Shown in pieces: positions 29,670 to 40,528 of a DNA stretch of 64,000 nucleotides. Made by a program: the position numbers and the translations under genes. How positions within the stretch are numbered: position 1 is the first letter of the stretch; each line of letters begins with the position of its first letter. Under the pieces are notes generated by a model that was not told the DNA's origin, did no database searches, and worked only from the letters and a program-made list of their open reading frames with translations. This DNA comes from Tubiluchus corallicola (taxonomy: Eukaryota > Animalia > Priapulida): positions 806,001-870,000 of the forward strand of contig JAQGDQ010000040.1 in the NCBI GenBank assembly GCA_030141605.1. Direction: 5' to 3'.

Positions 29670-29983
29670 CTCTTTTTTATTTAATCTCAAATACAATTGG
29701 TGATTTTTTTTGGTTGAGCTAATTTGTAGTATTTGAGATAGATAGGAGCTTGAAAATATAGATTGCCGATTGTTGTGTGGAGAGAGTAAAAAGAGTGTTG
29801 TCGTCATAATAGTTTGATAATAAGCTATATATTTAAAATATTCTTTGTTGTAAAAAAATATGATAATTTATACAATTTTATGTTTTTGGTGCTCTTTGTC
29901 AACATGGTAGTTTCTAAGCGGACTACTGCTAGTAATAGTAAGAAAAAGTAGAGCAGCCGACTTTCTTTTTACTATACTTTTTT

Positions 29984-30111
29984 AGGCTCTTTGCAGAACT
30001 CATCTTTTTTTATAATTAAGCTTTTGGTAAAACACTCACTTATACCGGTAAATGCAGTTTTTTATCGACGTTTTTAGTCTGAACTAGGATCTTTCGTTTA
30101 GCAGAGGCCTC
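29984..30111 (+). repeat. Palindromic intergenic repeat, copy 8
   Basis: AGGCTCTTTGCAGAACTCATCTTTT...GCAGAGGCCTC; core CTCACTTATACCGGTAAATGC. Confidence 0.65.
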
Positions 30112-30307
30112 TGCTTTATTCTGACTAGTGATTGGGATAACATTTTATAGCTTGTAAAGCGTTCTGAAAATTTCAGATTATATTACTAAAGATTTATTTT
30201 TGCTTATCTATATGAATATAAAACAACTAACTTTAGCGCAATTTTGTGTTAAAACAGGTTATTTTATATTTTTAGTGCCTGAATAAAGAGTAAAGAAGTG
30301 GTGTAAA

Positions 30308-30760
30308 ATGAAAAAACATAAGATAGCTGATTATTTATGCAGCAAGGGGATACGTCCACTGGACAAGAGGGTTAGGGTAATGCACTATTTGGTTTCGAAA
30401 AGAAATCACCCTACCGTAGATATGATCTATACTAATCTGGCTCAGGATATACCAGGACTATCGAAAGCTACGGTTTATAATATATTAAAGCTGTTTGCAG
30501 AAAAGAATATTGTGTGGACATTAAGTATTGATAGTAATGAAGCAAGGTATGATGCTGATACGTCAATACATGGGCATTTTAAATGTAATGTGTGTAATAA
30601 TATTTTTGATTTTTGTATAGAAGAAAACTCTTTGCCTACTACAGGGTTGAAAGGTTTTTATATAAATGAATCTCATTACTATTTAAAAGGGGTGTGTACT
30701 TTCTGTAAAGATAATTTATCTTCTTTGGGAGTGGCCTCTAAGAGCAGTGTAACTACTTGA
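30308..30760 (+). CDS. Fur-family regulator, PerR-like
   Basis: HPTVD, SKATVYN, RYD...HGHFKC..C, C-terminal CxxC. Confidence 0.9.
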   Translation: MKKHKIADYLCSKGIRPLDKRVRVMHYLVSKRNHPTVDMIYTNLAQDIPGLSKATVYNILKLFAEKNIVWTLSIDSNEARYDADTSIHGHFKCNVCNNIFDFCIEENSLPTTGLKGFYINESHYYLKGVCTFCKDNLSSLGVASKSSVTT

Positions 30761-30821
30761 TCGGAGTGCCTGAAAAAATCAAATATATTTTCTCGTAATC
30801 CCTTGCTTTGTAAAATAAAGT

Positions 30822-30886
30822 AAGTTATGCGAAGAGTTCTTTGCATAACTCATCTTTTAATTGCTTCTCGTTTTAATTGCTTCTCG
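30822..30886. repeat. Fused repeat ends plus 16-bp tandem duplication
   Basis: AGTTATGCGAAGA/TCTTTGCATAACT hairpin; TTTTAATTGCTTCTCG x2 at 30855-30886. Confidence 0.6.
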
Positions 30887-31126
30887 GTTTGCACTTTATG
30901 ATAAAAGCATTAAAGGTTCTATTAGTTCTAATACTTGTATGATCAAGCTTTCAAGTATATTCTCAGCAACTCTCAATTAAAGGAAGAATAATAAATAAGA
31001 AGCATTCATATAGTCTTAGTCTTTGGCAATTAATCAATGGGGTTCAGCTTTGTGCTTCGAGTATTTTTTGAATAAAATATGCTTAATTAATATAAAAATA
31101 GTTATATTTCGGAGAACCATACTGAC

Positions 31127-31486
31127 ATGACTATTAAACTTCGAATGTTAATTCATACGAGTACTATAATAGATAAAGTCATTTGTATAAGGTTTTAAGT
31201 ATAACCGACAAACTAATAAACAGGATTAAAGAAATGGCCCCTGCCACTTGCAGTACACCTAAAAACTGTTGGTATATAGAACAGGTCAGTTTCCAGCTAA
31301 GTATCTTTTTTGATCAGCTTAAAGGCCTTGCTTATATCAACTACCCTGAATTAAAGCACCAAAACATACAAAAGGGAGCAGAGCTGGCAGATAAAAATAT
31401 TCAGGAAAACTCTAAAGTGAAAAATTTACTCCCTAAGGCTTACCTGGATAAACTGAAATGGAAGAGGTATAGCTTAAATACCATTT
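31127..31486 (+). pseudogene. Truncated, frameshifted N-terminus of a Bacteroidota integron-integrase-like tyrosine recombinase
   Basis: Two frameshift corrections give ICIRFKYNRQLINRIKEM..CWYI..LPKAYLDKLKWKRYSLNTI; catalytic domain absent. Confidence 0.6.
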
Positions 31487-31718
31487 TTAGTCTTAGAGGG
31501 AGAAATTATCTTATAAGAAGAAGAAATGATAAAATTATTTTTGGCGACACTTGGAGTCCTTTTAATTGTCATTGATTTATGTATTGACAATAATACGCGT
31601 TTAATCGTGAAGAATAAGTTTTTGGACTTACAGCATTTTTTTGAGCATGTACGAGATGAAGTTTCATCAAGGAAAGTAATTGATAATATTTTTCGTAAAA
31701 TATTATATGTTTATAAAA

Positions 31719-33075
31719 CAATAGTTCGTTAAACATTTACATAAATATCTGACAATCAATAAAATAAATGTTGAAAAAATTAGGATAATCCCCCTGATAA
31801 TCAGTATCTTAAAGTTGTTTTTGACCGACAATTTTAGACATGATTATCAAGGAAATATCAAGATATAAAGATCAGGTAAAAATGATTTTAAACCAAATGG
31901 AAGGAATAAATAAGTGGCAATTCGATTTTATGCTAGACATCTTCGGACTATTTCTTAGTATCAAAGGAAAGATGAACTTTCTTCAATTTGGTAGATATGG
32001 AAATCACTGTGAGCAACGTTATAGATATCAATTTGAAAAAGGGTTTGATTTTATGACTTTTAACAAAGAGTCGGTAATCCATTACGCAAGCAACCATCAA
32101 GCCATAGCCTTTGATCCAAGCTATATAAGCAAGTCAGGAAAGCATACATCTGGGGCTGGTTACTTTTGGTCAGGATGTGCCGGCAAAACAAAATGGGGCT
32201 TAGAGATTGCAGGAATAGCAGCCGTTGATATTGATAATCATACAGCTTTTCATTTAGAAGCTATTCAAACCCCTAATAATCTTGAAGCAGAAAGTCTGGT
32301 TGATCATTACGCAAATGTTTTGATTCAACGCAAGGACAATCTGTTATGTGTATCAAAATACGTTTTGGCAGATGCCTATTTTTCAAAGAATAAGTTTGTA
32401 ACCAAGCTTTGCGAAAATGGATTTGAAGTGATTAGTCGCCTGAGAGATGATGCTAACTTACAATACAAATTTTATGGTCAGCAAAAAGCTGGTAGAGGAA
32501 GACCTAGAAAATATGAAGGAAAGATTGACTTTGATAATTTAAAATCAAAATATTTTGAATGCTTTGAGCAAAACGAAAAATGCAAAATATACGGAGCAAC
32601 AGTTTATGCAAAATCATTAAAACGAGATGTTAATCTTGTTGTTGTTTTTACAAAAGGAACATCCCGAAAGTGGTCTCACAAGTTATACTTCTCTACTGAT
32701 TTGCAAATGAAAGCCGAGACGATTCTTGAATATTATCAAGCCAGATTCCAGATTGAGTTCATTTACAGAGATGCAAAACAATATACCGGATTGAAAGACT
32801 GTCAGGCAAGAAGTGAAAATAAATTACATTTTCATTTTAATGCGTCTCTTACTGCAGTCAATTTGGCCAAGATTAACCACTGGTTAGCTATACCAAAAAT
32901 CAATAGAAATGCTTTTTCTATGGCCGATATAAAAACAATGTATCACAATGAATTACTGCTAAATAGATTTTTTAGCGTGTTCGCGGTGAGACCAAACTTA
33001 ACCAAAAATAAATCCAAAATCAGAGAATTAATAACTTACGGCACTATCGCTGCATGATTATTTAACGAACTATTG
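31719..33075 (+). mobile_element. IS element copy 2, 1357 bp
   Basis: Same IRs as copy 1; 5-bp TSD TAAAA at 31714-31718 and 33076-33080. Confidence 0.95.
31840..33057 (+). CDS. DDE transposase, protein identical to copy 1
   Basis: Identical 405-aa translation. Confidence 0.95.
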   Translation: MIIKEISRYKDQVKMILNQMEGINKWQFDFMLDIFGLFLSIKGKMNFLQFGRYGNHCEQRYRYQFEKGFDFMTFNKESVIHYASNHQAIAFDPSYISKSGKHTSGAGYFWSGCAGKTKWGLEIAGIAAVDIDNHTAFHLEAIQTPNNLEAESLVDHYANVLIQRKDNLLCVSKYVLADAYFSKNKFVTKLCENGFEVISRLRDDANLQYKFYGQQKAGRGRPRKYEGKIDFDNLKSKYFECFEQNEKCKIYGATVYAKSLKRDVNLVVVFTKGTSRKWSHKLYFSTDLQMKAETILEYYQARFQIEFIYRDAKQYTGLKDCQARSENKLHFHFNASLTAVNLAKINHWLAIPKINRNAFSMADIKTMYHNELLLNRFFSVFAVRPNLTKNKSKIRELITYGTIAA

Positions 33076-34381
33076 TAAAATAGAGTTATCAAAAAAGAAT
33101 TTTAAAAATCGACTTTTAGAATTCGTTAGTTTTTTTTATCTATTTGCGTTGATCCCAGTAAGTTATTATGTTGGGGATATAAAGAGGGACAGTATTATTG
33201 ACGAATTAATTATTTATATACTTCTATTAGTTTATTTTACATCAGTTATCGGGTTGTTATTTAGAATACTAAAAAAGAAAAAGCTTGCAAAGGTCTTGTT
33301 TGCCCCTTTAAGGGTAGTGAATTATTGGATTATAATTGGGATGTTTTTTTCTATTATGTATTTGCTTTTGACATTAAGTACAGGGTGGAACCCTGGTGAG
33401 CTGGATGCATATGCTCTAATTACTGGTGCTCAATTTTTATTTACAATGGTGTTTATCGCGATTTCAGCTCGCTTGACCTTATATCTGCTTGATTATTTAA
33501 AAGACAAATTATATACTAGGAAACTATTTATATATATACTATCTGGCTTATTATTATATTTAATTGCGACTTTAGTATCTTTATTATTATTAATAGTTAT
33601 TCATAATTTTATGTTGGACAAATATTGTGCTTGGCATAGTAGTCTTAGCATTAATGGAAAAATTATGAATATTCTTGGTTTTAATAATGAAAGTGGGGTT
33701 CATTTAATGTTAAAACTGCTATGTTTATATTCTGGAGCACCATTTTTGATCCTTTTTGTAGTTGGATTTACTGTTTTTACATTAAAGGGATTACACTGGC
33801 TTGCTATTCCGCTCATAAATCTAAGTGCTAATATTTATAATTCTGAGAAAAAAATTTTTGCTTTAGTAGGAGGCGTGTTGTTTTTGCTTGCAACATATTT
33901 TGACATAATAGGTAAGTAGATATTAAATTGTATCATTAATGTATGGGAGCTGGGTTATCATTATATGAACTCCTAAAATTCACTAATGTTAAAACAGCAG
34001 GTTTTCAAGATCATCATAAAGCTGATTTAAAAGAACTTGGCATGGCTTATGCTGCAACTAATCTCAAAGAACTTAATAAGCCGAGGGTGTGAGAGGAGGG
34101 TGCAAAAGTCAAGGCCTTATTATTAATGTATGTGGAAACTCTGACACCTTGTGATTTTGCTTCATCAGCCATTTGGTTAAAAGTGGAATATAATGGTAGC
34201 GGTAGATTCTGGTGCTAAAGATGTGAAAACAAGTGTTCAAATAATAAATTAAAATAAGGAACTTTTTGAAAAGGGATAAATAAGTGGCAAAAACTTTCTT
34301 TAAATTTCCATGATTTAAATCTAAAATCTATAACTTTAGAAGCGACTTTACTAAATTATTTCTTAGATATTAGATATACTT

Positions 34382-35521
34382 ATGAAAATACATGAGTTTC
34401 AGGCTAAGGAGATATTTTCTCATTACCAGGTTCCAACCCCCAAAGAGATCGTTTGCGATACAGAAAAGGCAGTTAGAGATGCTGCTAATAAGTTAAACTT
34501 ACCTGTTGTGATTAAAGCTCAGGTTCTTACAGGAGGACGGGGGAAAGCCGGAGGGATAAAGATAGCAAAAAGCGTGGAGGAAGCTGTTGCTACTGCAAAG
34601 TCCATTCTGGGAATGGATATAAAAGGTTATATCGTTAATAGAGTATTGGTTGCAGAAGCAGTGTCTTTCACATCGGAGTATTATGTTGGGTTAACCATTG
34701 ACAGGAGTACCAAATCGGTAATATTAATGGCTAGTCGTGAAGGTGGTGTGGAGATTGAAAAGATAGCAAAGAGTAATCCTGACGCAATCATAAAATACTC
34801 AATTAACCCTGAAGTAGGCTTGCTTCCTTTTGTTGCTAGAAAAATTGCGTTTAGGCTTTTTGATAATATTGACCTTGTTCATAAGTGTGCTGATCTGCTA
34901 GTCCGGATATATCATATCTTTCTTGAGAAAGATGCATCCCTGTTAGAGATAAACCCCCTGGTAGTAACCGGTAGTGGTAATTTGTGCGCCCTTGATGGTA
35001 AAATGGATTTTGACGATAATGCTCTATTTCGCCAGAGTGATATTTTAAAACTGAGAGATCCATTAAAAGAGGAAAGGGTTGAAATTGATGCGAAAGATAA
35101 GGGGCTGAGTTTTATTCGTCTTGATGGTACTATCGGTTGTATGGTAAATGGTGCAGGGCTGGCAATGGCAACGATGGATATGATAAAACTGTATGGAGGA
35201 ACACCTGCAAATTTTTTAGATATTGGAGGAAGTTCTAGTCCTCAGAAGGTTATAGATGCTATGAAATTGCTACTTTCCGATAATAAAGTGAAAGCTATTA
35301 TGATAAATATTTTTGGTGGCATAACCCGCTGTGATGATGTTGCTAAAGGCTTGGTTGATGCATTAAAGCAAGTAGAGGTGAAGGTTCCGATAGTAGTGCG
35401 CCTTTCGGGAACTAATGCTGAAGAGGGGCTGAGTATTTTGAAAGGGTTAAGCCTTACTACTGTTAAGACAATGAGTGAGGCTGCTGAGAAGGTAATAGAG
35501 CTTGTTGGACAAAGCAAGTAG
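34382..35521 (+). CDS. sucC: Succinyl-CoA synthetase beta subunit
   Basis: KAQVLTGGRGKAGG, EINPL, NGAGLAMATMD, NIFGGI. Confidence 0.97.
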   Translation: MKIHEFQAKEIFSHYQVPTPKEIVCDTEKAVRDAANKLNLPVVIKAQVLTGGRGKAGGIKIAKSVEEAVATAKSILGMDIKGYIVNRVLVAEAVSFTSEYYVGLTIDRSTKSVILMASREGGVEIEKIAKSNPDAIIKYSINPEVGLLPFVARKIAFRLFDNIDLVHKCADLLVRIYHIFLEKDASLLEINPLVVTGSGNLCALDGKMDFDDNALFRQSDILKLRDPLKEERVEIDAKDKGLSFIRLDGTIGCMVNGAGLAMATMDMIKLYGGTPANFLDIGGSSSPQKVIDAMKLLLSDNKVKAIMINIFGGITRCDDVAKGLVDALKQVEVKVPIVVRLSGTNAEEGLSILKGLSLTTVKTMSEAAEKVIELVGQSK

Positions 35522-35569
35522 AGCGGACGTTATTTAAAAAATGAATGTGGAATTAAGCCGTAAAATAAA

Positions 35570-36463
35570 ATGAGTATTCTGATAAACAGTGAAACACGAT
35601 TATTGGTGCAGGGTATAACCGGGCGTGATGGAAGCTTTCACACCCAAAAGATGAAAGAGTATGGCACTAATATTGTTGCAGGTGTCTCTCCTGGAAAGGG
35701 AGGGGAAATGGTTGACGACATTCCTATATTTAATACCGTTGAAGAGGCTGTTGACAAGACTGGTGCAAATACATCCGCTATCTTTGTTCCGGCGAAATAT
35801 GCCACCGATTGCATATTTGAGGCGTCGGAGAGTGGAATAGAGTTGATCGTTACTGTGTCTGAAGGTATCCCAACTCTTGATATGGTGAATGTAATTCCAT
35901 TCCTTAAAAGGAACAATACAAAGCTGATAGGCCCCAATTGCCCGGGGCTGATATCTCCAGAAGAGGCATTAGTGGGTATTCTTCCCGGTAATATTTTTAA
36001 AAAAGGAAATATTGGGCTTATGAGCCGTAGCGGTACACTTACATATGAAATGGTATATCAGCTCACTTCGCACGGACTTGGGCAAAGTACCTGTATTGGT
36101 GTTGGAGGCGACCCTATTGTAGGGCTTTATTACTGTGAATTGTTGGAAATGTTTGAGAGAGACCCGGAGACAGAGGCTATTGTTTTAATCGGAGAGATAG
36201 GAGGAGACGCGGAAGAACGTGCAGCGGAGTATATTGCTCAAAATGTGACCAAGCCTGTTGTGGCTTTTATTGCTGGGCAGACAGCGCCTGCCGGAAAGAG
36301 AATGGGGCATGCGGGAGCTATTATTTCTGGCGGGAGAGGGACAGCTGCGGAAAAGATTAAAGCATTTGAGAGTGTAGGTGTCCCTGTTGCAAAAAGACCA
36401 ATTGAAATACCGCAATTAGTATCGGAGAAAGTGCAGTCCGTAACAAATTGTCTTCACAGATAA
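35570..36463 (+). CDS. sucD: Succinyl-CoA synthetase alpha subunit
   Basis: [26 protein letters not shown]. Confidence 0.97.
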   Translation: MSILINSETRLLVQGITGRDGSFHTQKMKEYGTNIVAGVSPGKGGEMVDDIPIFNTVEEAVDKTGANTSAIFVPAKYATDCIFEASESGIELIVTVSEGIPTLDMVNVIPFLKRNNTKLIGPNCPGLISPEEALVGILPGNIFKKGNIGLMSRSGTLTYEMVYQLTSHGLGQSTCIGVGGDPIVGLYYCELLEMFERDPETEAIVLIGEIGGDAEERAAEYIAQNVTKPVVAFIAGQTAPAGKRMGHAGAIISGGRGTAAEKIKAFESVGVPVAKRPIEIPQLVSEKVQSVTNCLHR

Positions 36464-36528
36464 TTTAAGTATGAAAAAAGCCATACTTGTAATAGGACGA
36501 AAAGAGATGGATGGCTAATTGCAGAAAT

Positions 36529-36614
36529 GAGTCTTTTGCAGAACACGTCTTTTTATGTGCTGTTTTTGCCAGGGCAGAACCTTCTTCAAAATCCTTTGCT
36601 ACGCAAAGTGCTTC
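36529..36614 (+). repeat. Palindromic intergenic repeat, internally deleted copy 9
   Basis: GAGTCTTTTGCAGAAC...CTTCAAAATCCT...GCAAAGTGCTTC. Confidence 0.45.
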
Positions 36615-36975
36615 AACCTTTGTAAATAATTTCTAATAGTTTTTAATAAGTAGTTTTGAATAATCTTGATAAAGGTAGTTAAGTTGCCATTACATATTAA
36701 GAGCTAACATAGATCATAAGATTATTAGAATTAATTAGTCGTCCCTTAAGGAACAGTATATGGCAACAGAGTATGAGGAGACAAGGCTATCGACCGTTGA
36801 GAGGTGTTGGCTGTGCTATATGGAGCGGGGGCAGGCTGTCTGACCAACATAGGTAGCAGTGAATTATTTTGGCAGACATAGTGTCGTCATGGACGTGTGA
36901 GAATTGCTAAATAGGAGTTAAAAAGAGGGTTTTACAGATACTACATACCTTCTGTATCCATATCAAAAAAGTCAA

Positions 36976-38832
36976 CTATTTGTCACCTGTTCGCCAATCA
37001 CCATTTTTGATGATAAGTCTTTTTAGCTCTTCAATAGCATTTTCACAGGGTAGATGTTGTTTAACAAGCTTTTGTCCTTTATAGAGGTTTACATGTCCAG
37101 GCCTTGAGCCAACATAGCCGTAATCGACATCTCCCATTTCTCCTGGCCCATTCACTACACACCCCATTACACCTATTTTAAGGTGCTTCTGCTTAGTAAA
37201 GTTTTTTTTGATATCGGACGCAACTTTTTTAAGGTCAAAAAGAGTTCGTCCACAGCCTGGGCATGAGATAAATTCTGTTTTGGTAATCCGCATTCTACTA
37301 GCTTGTAGTATCCCAAATGCCAGTTCATTTAAACTGGAATACTCTACTTTACCATTGTTAACAAGTAGGATGCCATCTCCATATCCGTCAATAAGCAGAC
37401 CGCCAAGGTCAGCAGATGCCTTTATCAATAATTTTTCGTAACTGTCTTCACTGTATGATCTATGCAGAATTACGGGGTTTTTGCATATATGAGTATCCAA
37501 TTCCATAAAGAAGGCTCGCATCTCGGCGTAGCTGTTTATATTATTTGACCCCATTATAATCACGGCTTTTCGCTCGAGCTTTAGTTTTTTCACAACCTCA
37601 GGACTCTCTTTTTTCAGTATGTCATACTCTTGCTTATTTGTCATAACAAACTTCTGCCTGCTTGTGTATATGTCGTCAAAAAGGTAGTCCTTAAGTGTCA
37701 TTACTGGATACTTCTTTCCGCTACTATCAAATATCTGTCCCCCGTCGTAGTAGAAGTCAGGCTTGATATGACTGTTTATTGAGCGCGCTTCATTTATGCT
37801 ATATTTATTTAGTGAAGCTATCACTACGACAGGTTTACCCCCTCCTATATCTATCGCCGGCCTACTGGAGCGGCGTTCATATTCAAACGGGTTGGTCTGA
37901 GCTGCTAACGGGGCAGAGATAGGTGCATGGTTATTTTTGTTTTTAAAACTATTTATGAGTTTGATAGCAAAGGGTATTTCTTTTGCGGGATCTTCGGTCA
38001 GCGACACTCTTATAGTATCACCTATTCCGTCGGCAAGTAATGCACCTGACCCGATAGCTGAGCGTATACGTCCATCTTCACCTTCACCTGCCTCTGTGAC
38101 CCCTATATGGAATGGGAACGTCATCTCTTCAAGACGCATACGATGGTTCATAAGGCGCACAGTATATACCATCAGTCGTATATTACTTGATTTGATTGAA
38201 ACTACAACATTTTTAAAGTTTTCGCTTTGGCATATCCTCAGATACTCCATAACTGACTCAACTATGCCTGTTGGTGTGTCGCCGTAACGACTCATAATAC
38301 GGTCGGATAGTGAGCCTTGATTGGCACCTATCCGAATAGCTGTATTGTGCTGCTTGCACAGGCTTAAAAATGGGATGAATTTTGCTTTAATTCTTTGTAG
38401 TTCTTGCTTATATTCTTCATCAGTATAGTTTAATATATTAAACTTGGCGCGGGGATCATAGAAGTTTCCTGGATTTATACGCACCTTTTTTACGTATTTC
38501 AACGTACTTTCTGCTACTGCTGGGTTAAAATGGACATCAGCAATAAGTGGAGTAGAGTACCCCATTTTGTCCAGTGCCTGACGTATGTTTTTCAAATTCT
38601 TGCTTTCCCTCATCCCTTGCACCGCAACTCTCACATAGTCTGCACCGGATTTTATAATGCGAGCTATCTGCTTAACGGTTGCTTCTGTATCTTTTGTGTC
38701 GGTGTCTGTCATTGATTGTACCCTGATTGGATTATTACCACCGACAGGTGTATCGCCAATATTTACAGATAAGGTGTTTTGACGCTCATACTTCGATAAA
38801 TCTTTAATGTAGTTAAAATTCTGTTTCTCCAT
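36976..38832 (-). CDS. ispG: HMBPP synthase IspG (long form)
   Basis: RINPGN, HIGVTEAG, GDTIRVSL, SCPGCGR, MGCVVNGPGE. Confidence 0.96.
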   Translation of the reverse strand: MEKQNFNYIKDLSKYERQNTLSVNIGDTPVGGNNPIRVQSMTDTDTKDTEATVKQIARIIKSGADYVRVAVQGMRESKNLKNIRQALDKMGYSTPLIADVHFNPAVAESTLKYVKKVRINPGNFYDPRAKFNILNYTDEEYKQELQRIKAKFIPFLSLCKQHNTAIRIGANQGSLSDRIMSRYGDTPTGIVESVMEYLRICQSENFKNVVVSIKSSNIRLMVYTVRLMNHRMRLEEMTFPFHIGVTEAGEGEDGRIRSAIGSGALLADGIGDTIRVSLTEDPAKEIPFAIKLINSFKNKNNHAPISAPLAAQTNPFEYERRSSRPAIDIGGGKPVVVIASLNKYSINEARSINSHIKPDFYYDGGQIFDSSGKKYPVMTLKDYLFDDIYTSRQKFVMTNKQEYDILKKESPEVVKKLKLERKAVIIMGSNNINSYAEMRAFFMELDTHICKNPVILHRSYSEDSYEKLLIKASADLGGLLIDGYGDGILLVNNGKVEYSSLNELAFGILQASRMRITKTEFISCPGCGRTLFDLKKVASDIKKNFTKQKHLKIGVMGCVVNGPGEMGDVDYGYVGSRPGHVNLYKGQKLVKQHLPCENAIEELKRLIIKNGDWRTGDK

Positions 38833-38989
38833 GTAATTTATTGCCAGGGTAATTAAGGCACAAAGTTAGTGTTATATTTTAAACTTACGAATGATCAAAG
38901 TTGAGAGCAGCAGGGCTATAGGGTTTTAACATGCAACTGCTAAGCACTGTTTTGACTTTATAAGTGCAGAGCCAGATTATTTTGCTTCG

Positions 38990-39116
38990 CTAGATAAACT
39001 TTGATTAAGTATTTTGGGTTATATCGGTGAGAAATTTGATGAGAAATTTCAGCTTATTGATGTAGATGGAATATTAAAGAAGAATTCTGACAAAAATTAA
39101 GCCTTGCAAAGGTTTA
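38990..39116 (-). repeat. Palindromic intergenic repeat, degenerate copy 10 (inverted)
   Basis: Core CAGCTTATTGATGTAGATG; end TTGCAAAGGTTT. Confidence 0.4.
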
Positions 39117-39334
39117 AAACTACTATTTACACATAGCCTAATCTGGTATAAGCTGTGTTAAAATCATAAAGTTGGAGCTAAGTTTAAAAATGAATGAATT
39201 TTTATGGGGTTTTGTTGTGTGCTTATAATGAAAATGAGTAATATTGCCACCCGATTTTTGGTTGTTCTGCATGTTTGAATTTTAAGTTTTTAATTAAAAC
39301 AGTAAATGAATTGCTGATAATCCGAAAAAAAACG

Positions 39335-39342
39335 TACATTTG
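39335..39342 (+). promoter_or_regulatory. -7 element of the str operon promoter
   Basis: TACATTTG matches TAnnTTTG upstream of rpsL. Confidence 0.6.
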
Positions 39343-39408
39343 CAATCCTTTTGCTATTTATTGCACAGAGGTTAGCAAGAATTATCAAAAATGTGTTAAA
39401 TATAGTTT

Positions 39409-39783
39409 ATGCCTACAATTCAACAATTGGTACGTAAGGGGAGAAGGAAACTGGAGGAAAAGAGCAAGTCTCCTGCCCTTGATTCCTGTCCACAGCGCAG
39501 GGGTGTGTGTGTGCGTGTATACACAACTACACCTAAGAAGCCAAACTCGGCTATGCGTAAAGTAGCTAGAGTTAGGCTTACAAATGGAAAAGAAGTGAAT
39601 GCGTACATTCCTGGCGAAGGACACAACCTTCAGGAGCACTCTATAGTGTTGGTGCGTGGAGGAAGGGTGAAAGACCTTCCTGGAGTGCGCTACCATTTGG
39701 TTAGGGGAGCGCTGGATACCGCTGGTGTTGAAGGGCGTAGCCAGCGTCGTTCAAAGTATGGGACTAAGCGCCCAAATAAATAG
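39409..39783 (+). CDS. rpsL: 30S ribosomal protein S12
   Basis: [17 protein letters not shown]. Confidence 0.98.
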   Translation: MPTIQQLVRKGRRKLEEKSKSPALDSCPQRRGVCVRVYTTTPKKPNSAMRKVARVRLTNGKEVNAYIPGEGHNLQEHSIVLVRGGRVKDLPGVRYHLVRGALDTAGVEGRSQRRSKYGTKRPNK

Positions 39784-39871
39784 TTTGTTTAGAGTTAGAA
39801 ATAGTGGTTGTTATTCTTGAAATTTTAAAGCTTGACGCCACGGGATAATTATAGGATATATTAATATTTAG

Positions 39872-39968
39872 TTGTTTGTTTGCTGGCTTGGTTGAGTAAG
39901 GGTCTGCTTATGCAGGCTAAAAAAACTGAAGACTGAGAAAGGCAATCAATTTGAGTAACAACAAACAA
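39872..39968 (+). promoter_or_regulatory. Candidate structured S7-binding element in the rpsL-rpsG spacer
   Basis: TTGTTTGTT/AACAAACAA closing stem; GGTCTGC/GCAGGCT hairpin. Confidence 0.45.
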
Positions 39969-39987
39969 AGTTAACTGAATAAAAGTA

Positions 39988-40464
39988 ATGAGGAAATCAA
40001 GACCAAAGAAGAGGATATTGTTACCGGATCCGAAGTTCAATGACATACTGGTTACGAGATTTGTGAATGATCTTATGAGAGATGGTAAAAAAAATATTGC
40101 TTACAGAATTTTTTATGATTCGCTTGTCATAGTGGAAGAGAAGATGAAGGAGGATGAGTTGTCTCCGCTGGATATTTGGAAAAAAGCATTACAGAATATT
40201 ACTCCTCAGGTAGAGGTGAAAAGTCGTCGCGTTGGTGGCGCCACTTTTCAGGTGCCAATGGAGGTTCGCCCTGAGCGCAAAACTGCTATTTCAATAAGGA
40301 ATCTTATTCTTTTTGCAAGAAAGCGGTCGGGCAGGTCAATGTCGGAGAAGCTTGCTGCAGAAATTGTTGCGGCTTACAAAGAGGAAGGCGGATCATTCAA
40401 AAAGAAAGAGGATACTCATAGAATGGCAGAGGCAAATCGTGCATTTGCCCATTTTCGCTTTTAA
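39988..40464 (+). CDS. rpsG: 30S ribosomal protein S7
   Basis: [21 protein letters not shown]. Confidence 0.98.
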   Translation: MRKSRPKKRILLPDPKFNDILVTRFVNDLMRDGKKNIAYRIFYDSLVIVEEKMKEDELSPLDIWKKALQNITPQVEVKSRRVGGATFQVPMEVRPERKTAISIRNLILFARKRSGRSMSEKLAAEIVAAYKEEGGSFKKKEDTHRMAEANRAFAHFRF

Positions 40465-40528
40465 GAGGTGTTTGTTAGTTGATGTATGGTAATTTTATAT
40501 TTGAAACTTGGATTAGTGATTTAGTCAA

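Larger units (their letters stand above)
31526..33919 (+). pseudogene. 343-aa polytopic membrane protein interrupted by IS copy 2
   Basis: 31526-31718 joined to 33081-33919 is one open frame of 1032 nt. Confidence 0.8.

Noticed and set aside
29860-29982. Tiny hydrophobic ORFs (16 and 23 aa) before a hairpin, type I toxin-like
   Set aside because: Too short and AT-rich to separate from chance; no antitoxin evidence
33943-34092. 49-aa ORF, faintly like a transposase C-terminus
   Set aside because: Similarity too weak and no IS ends found
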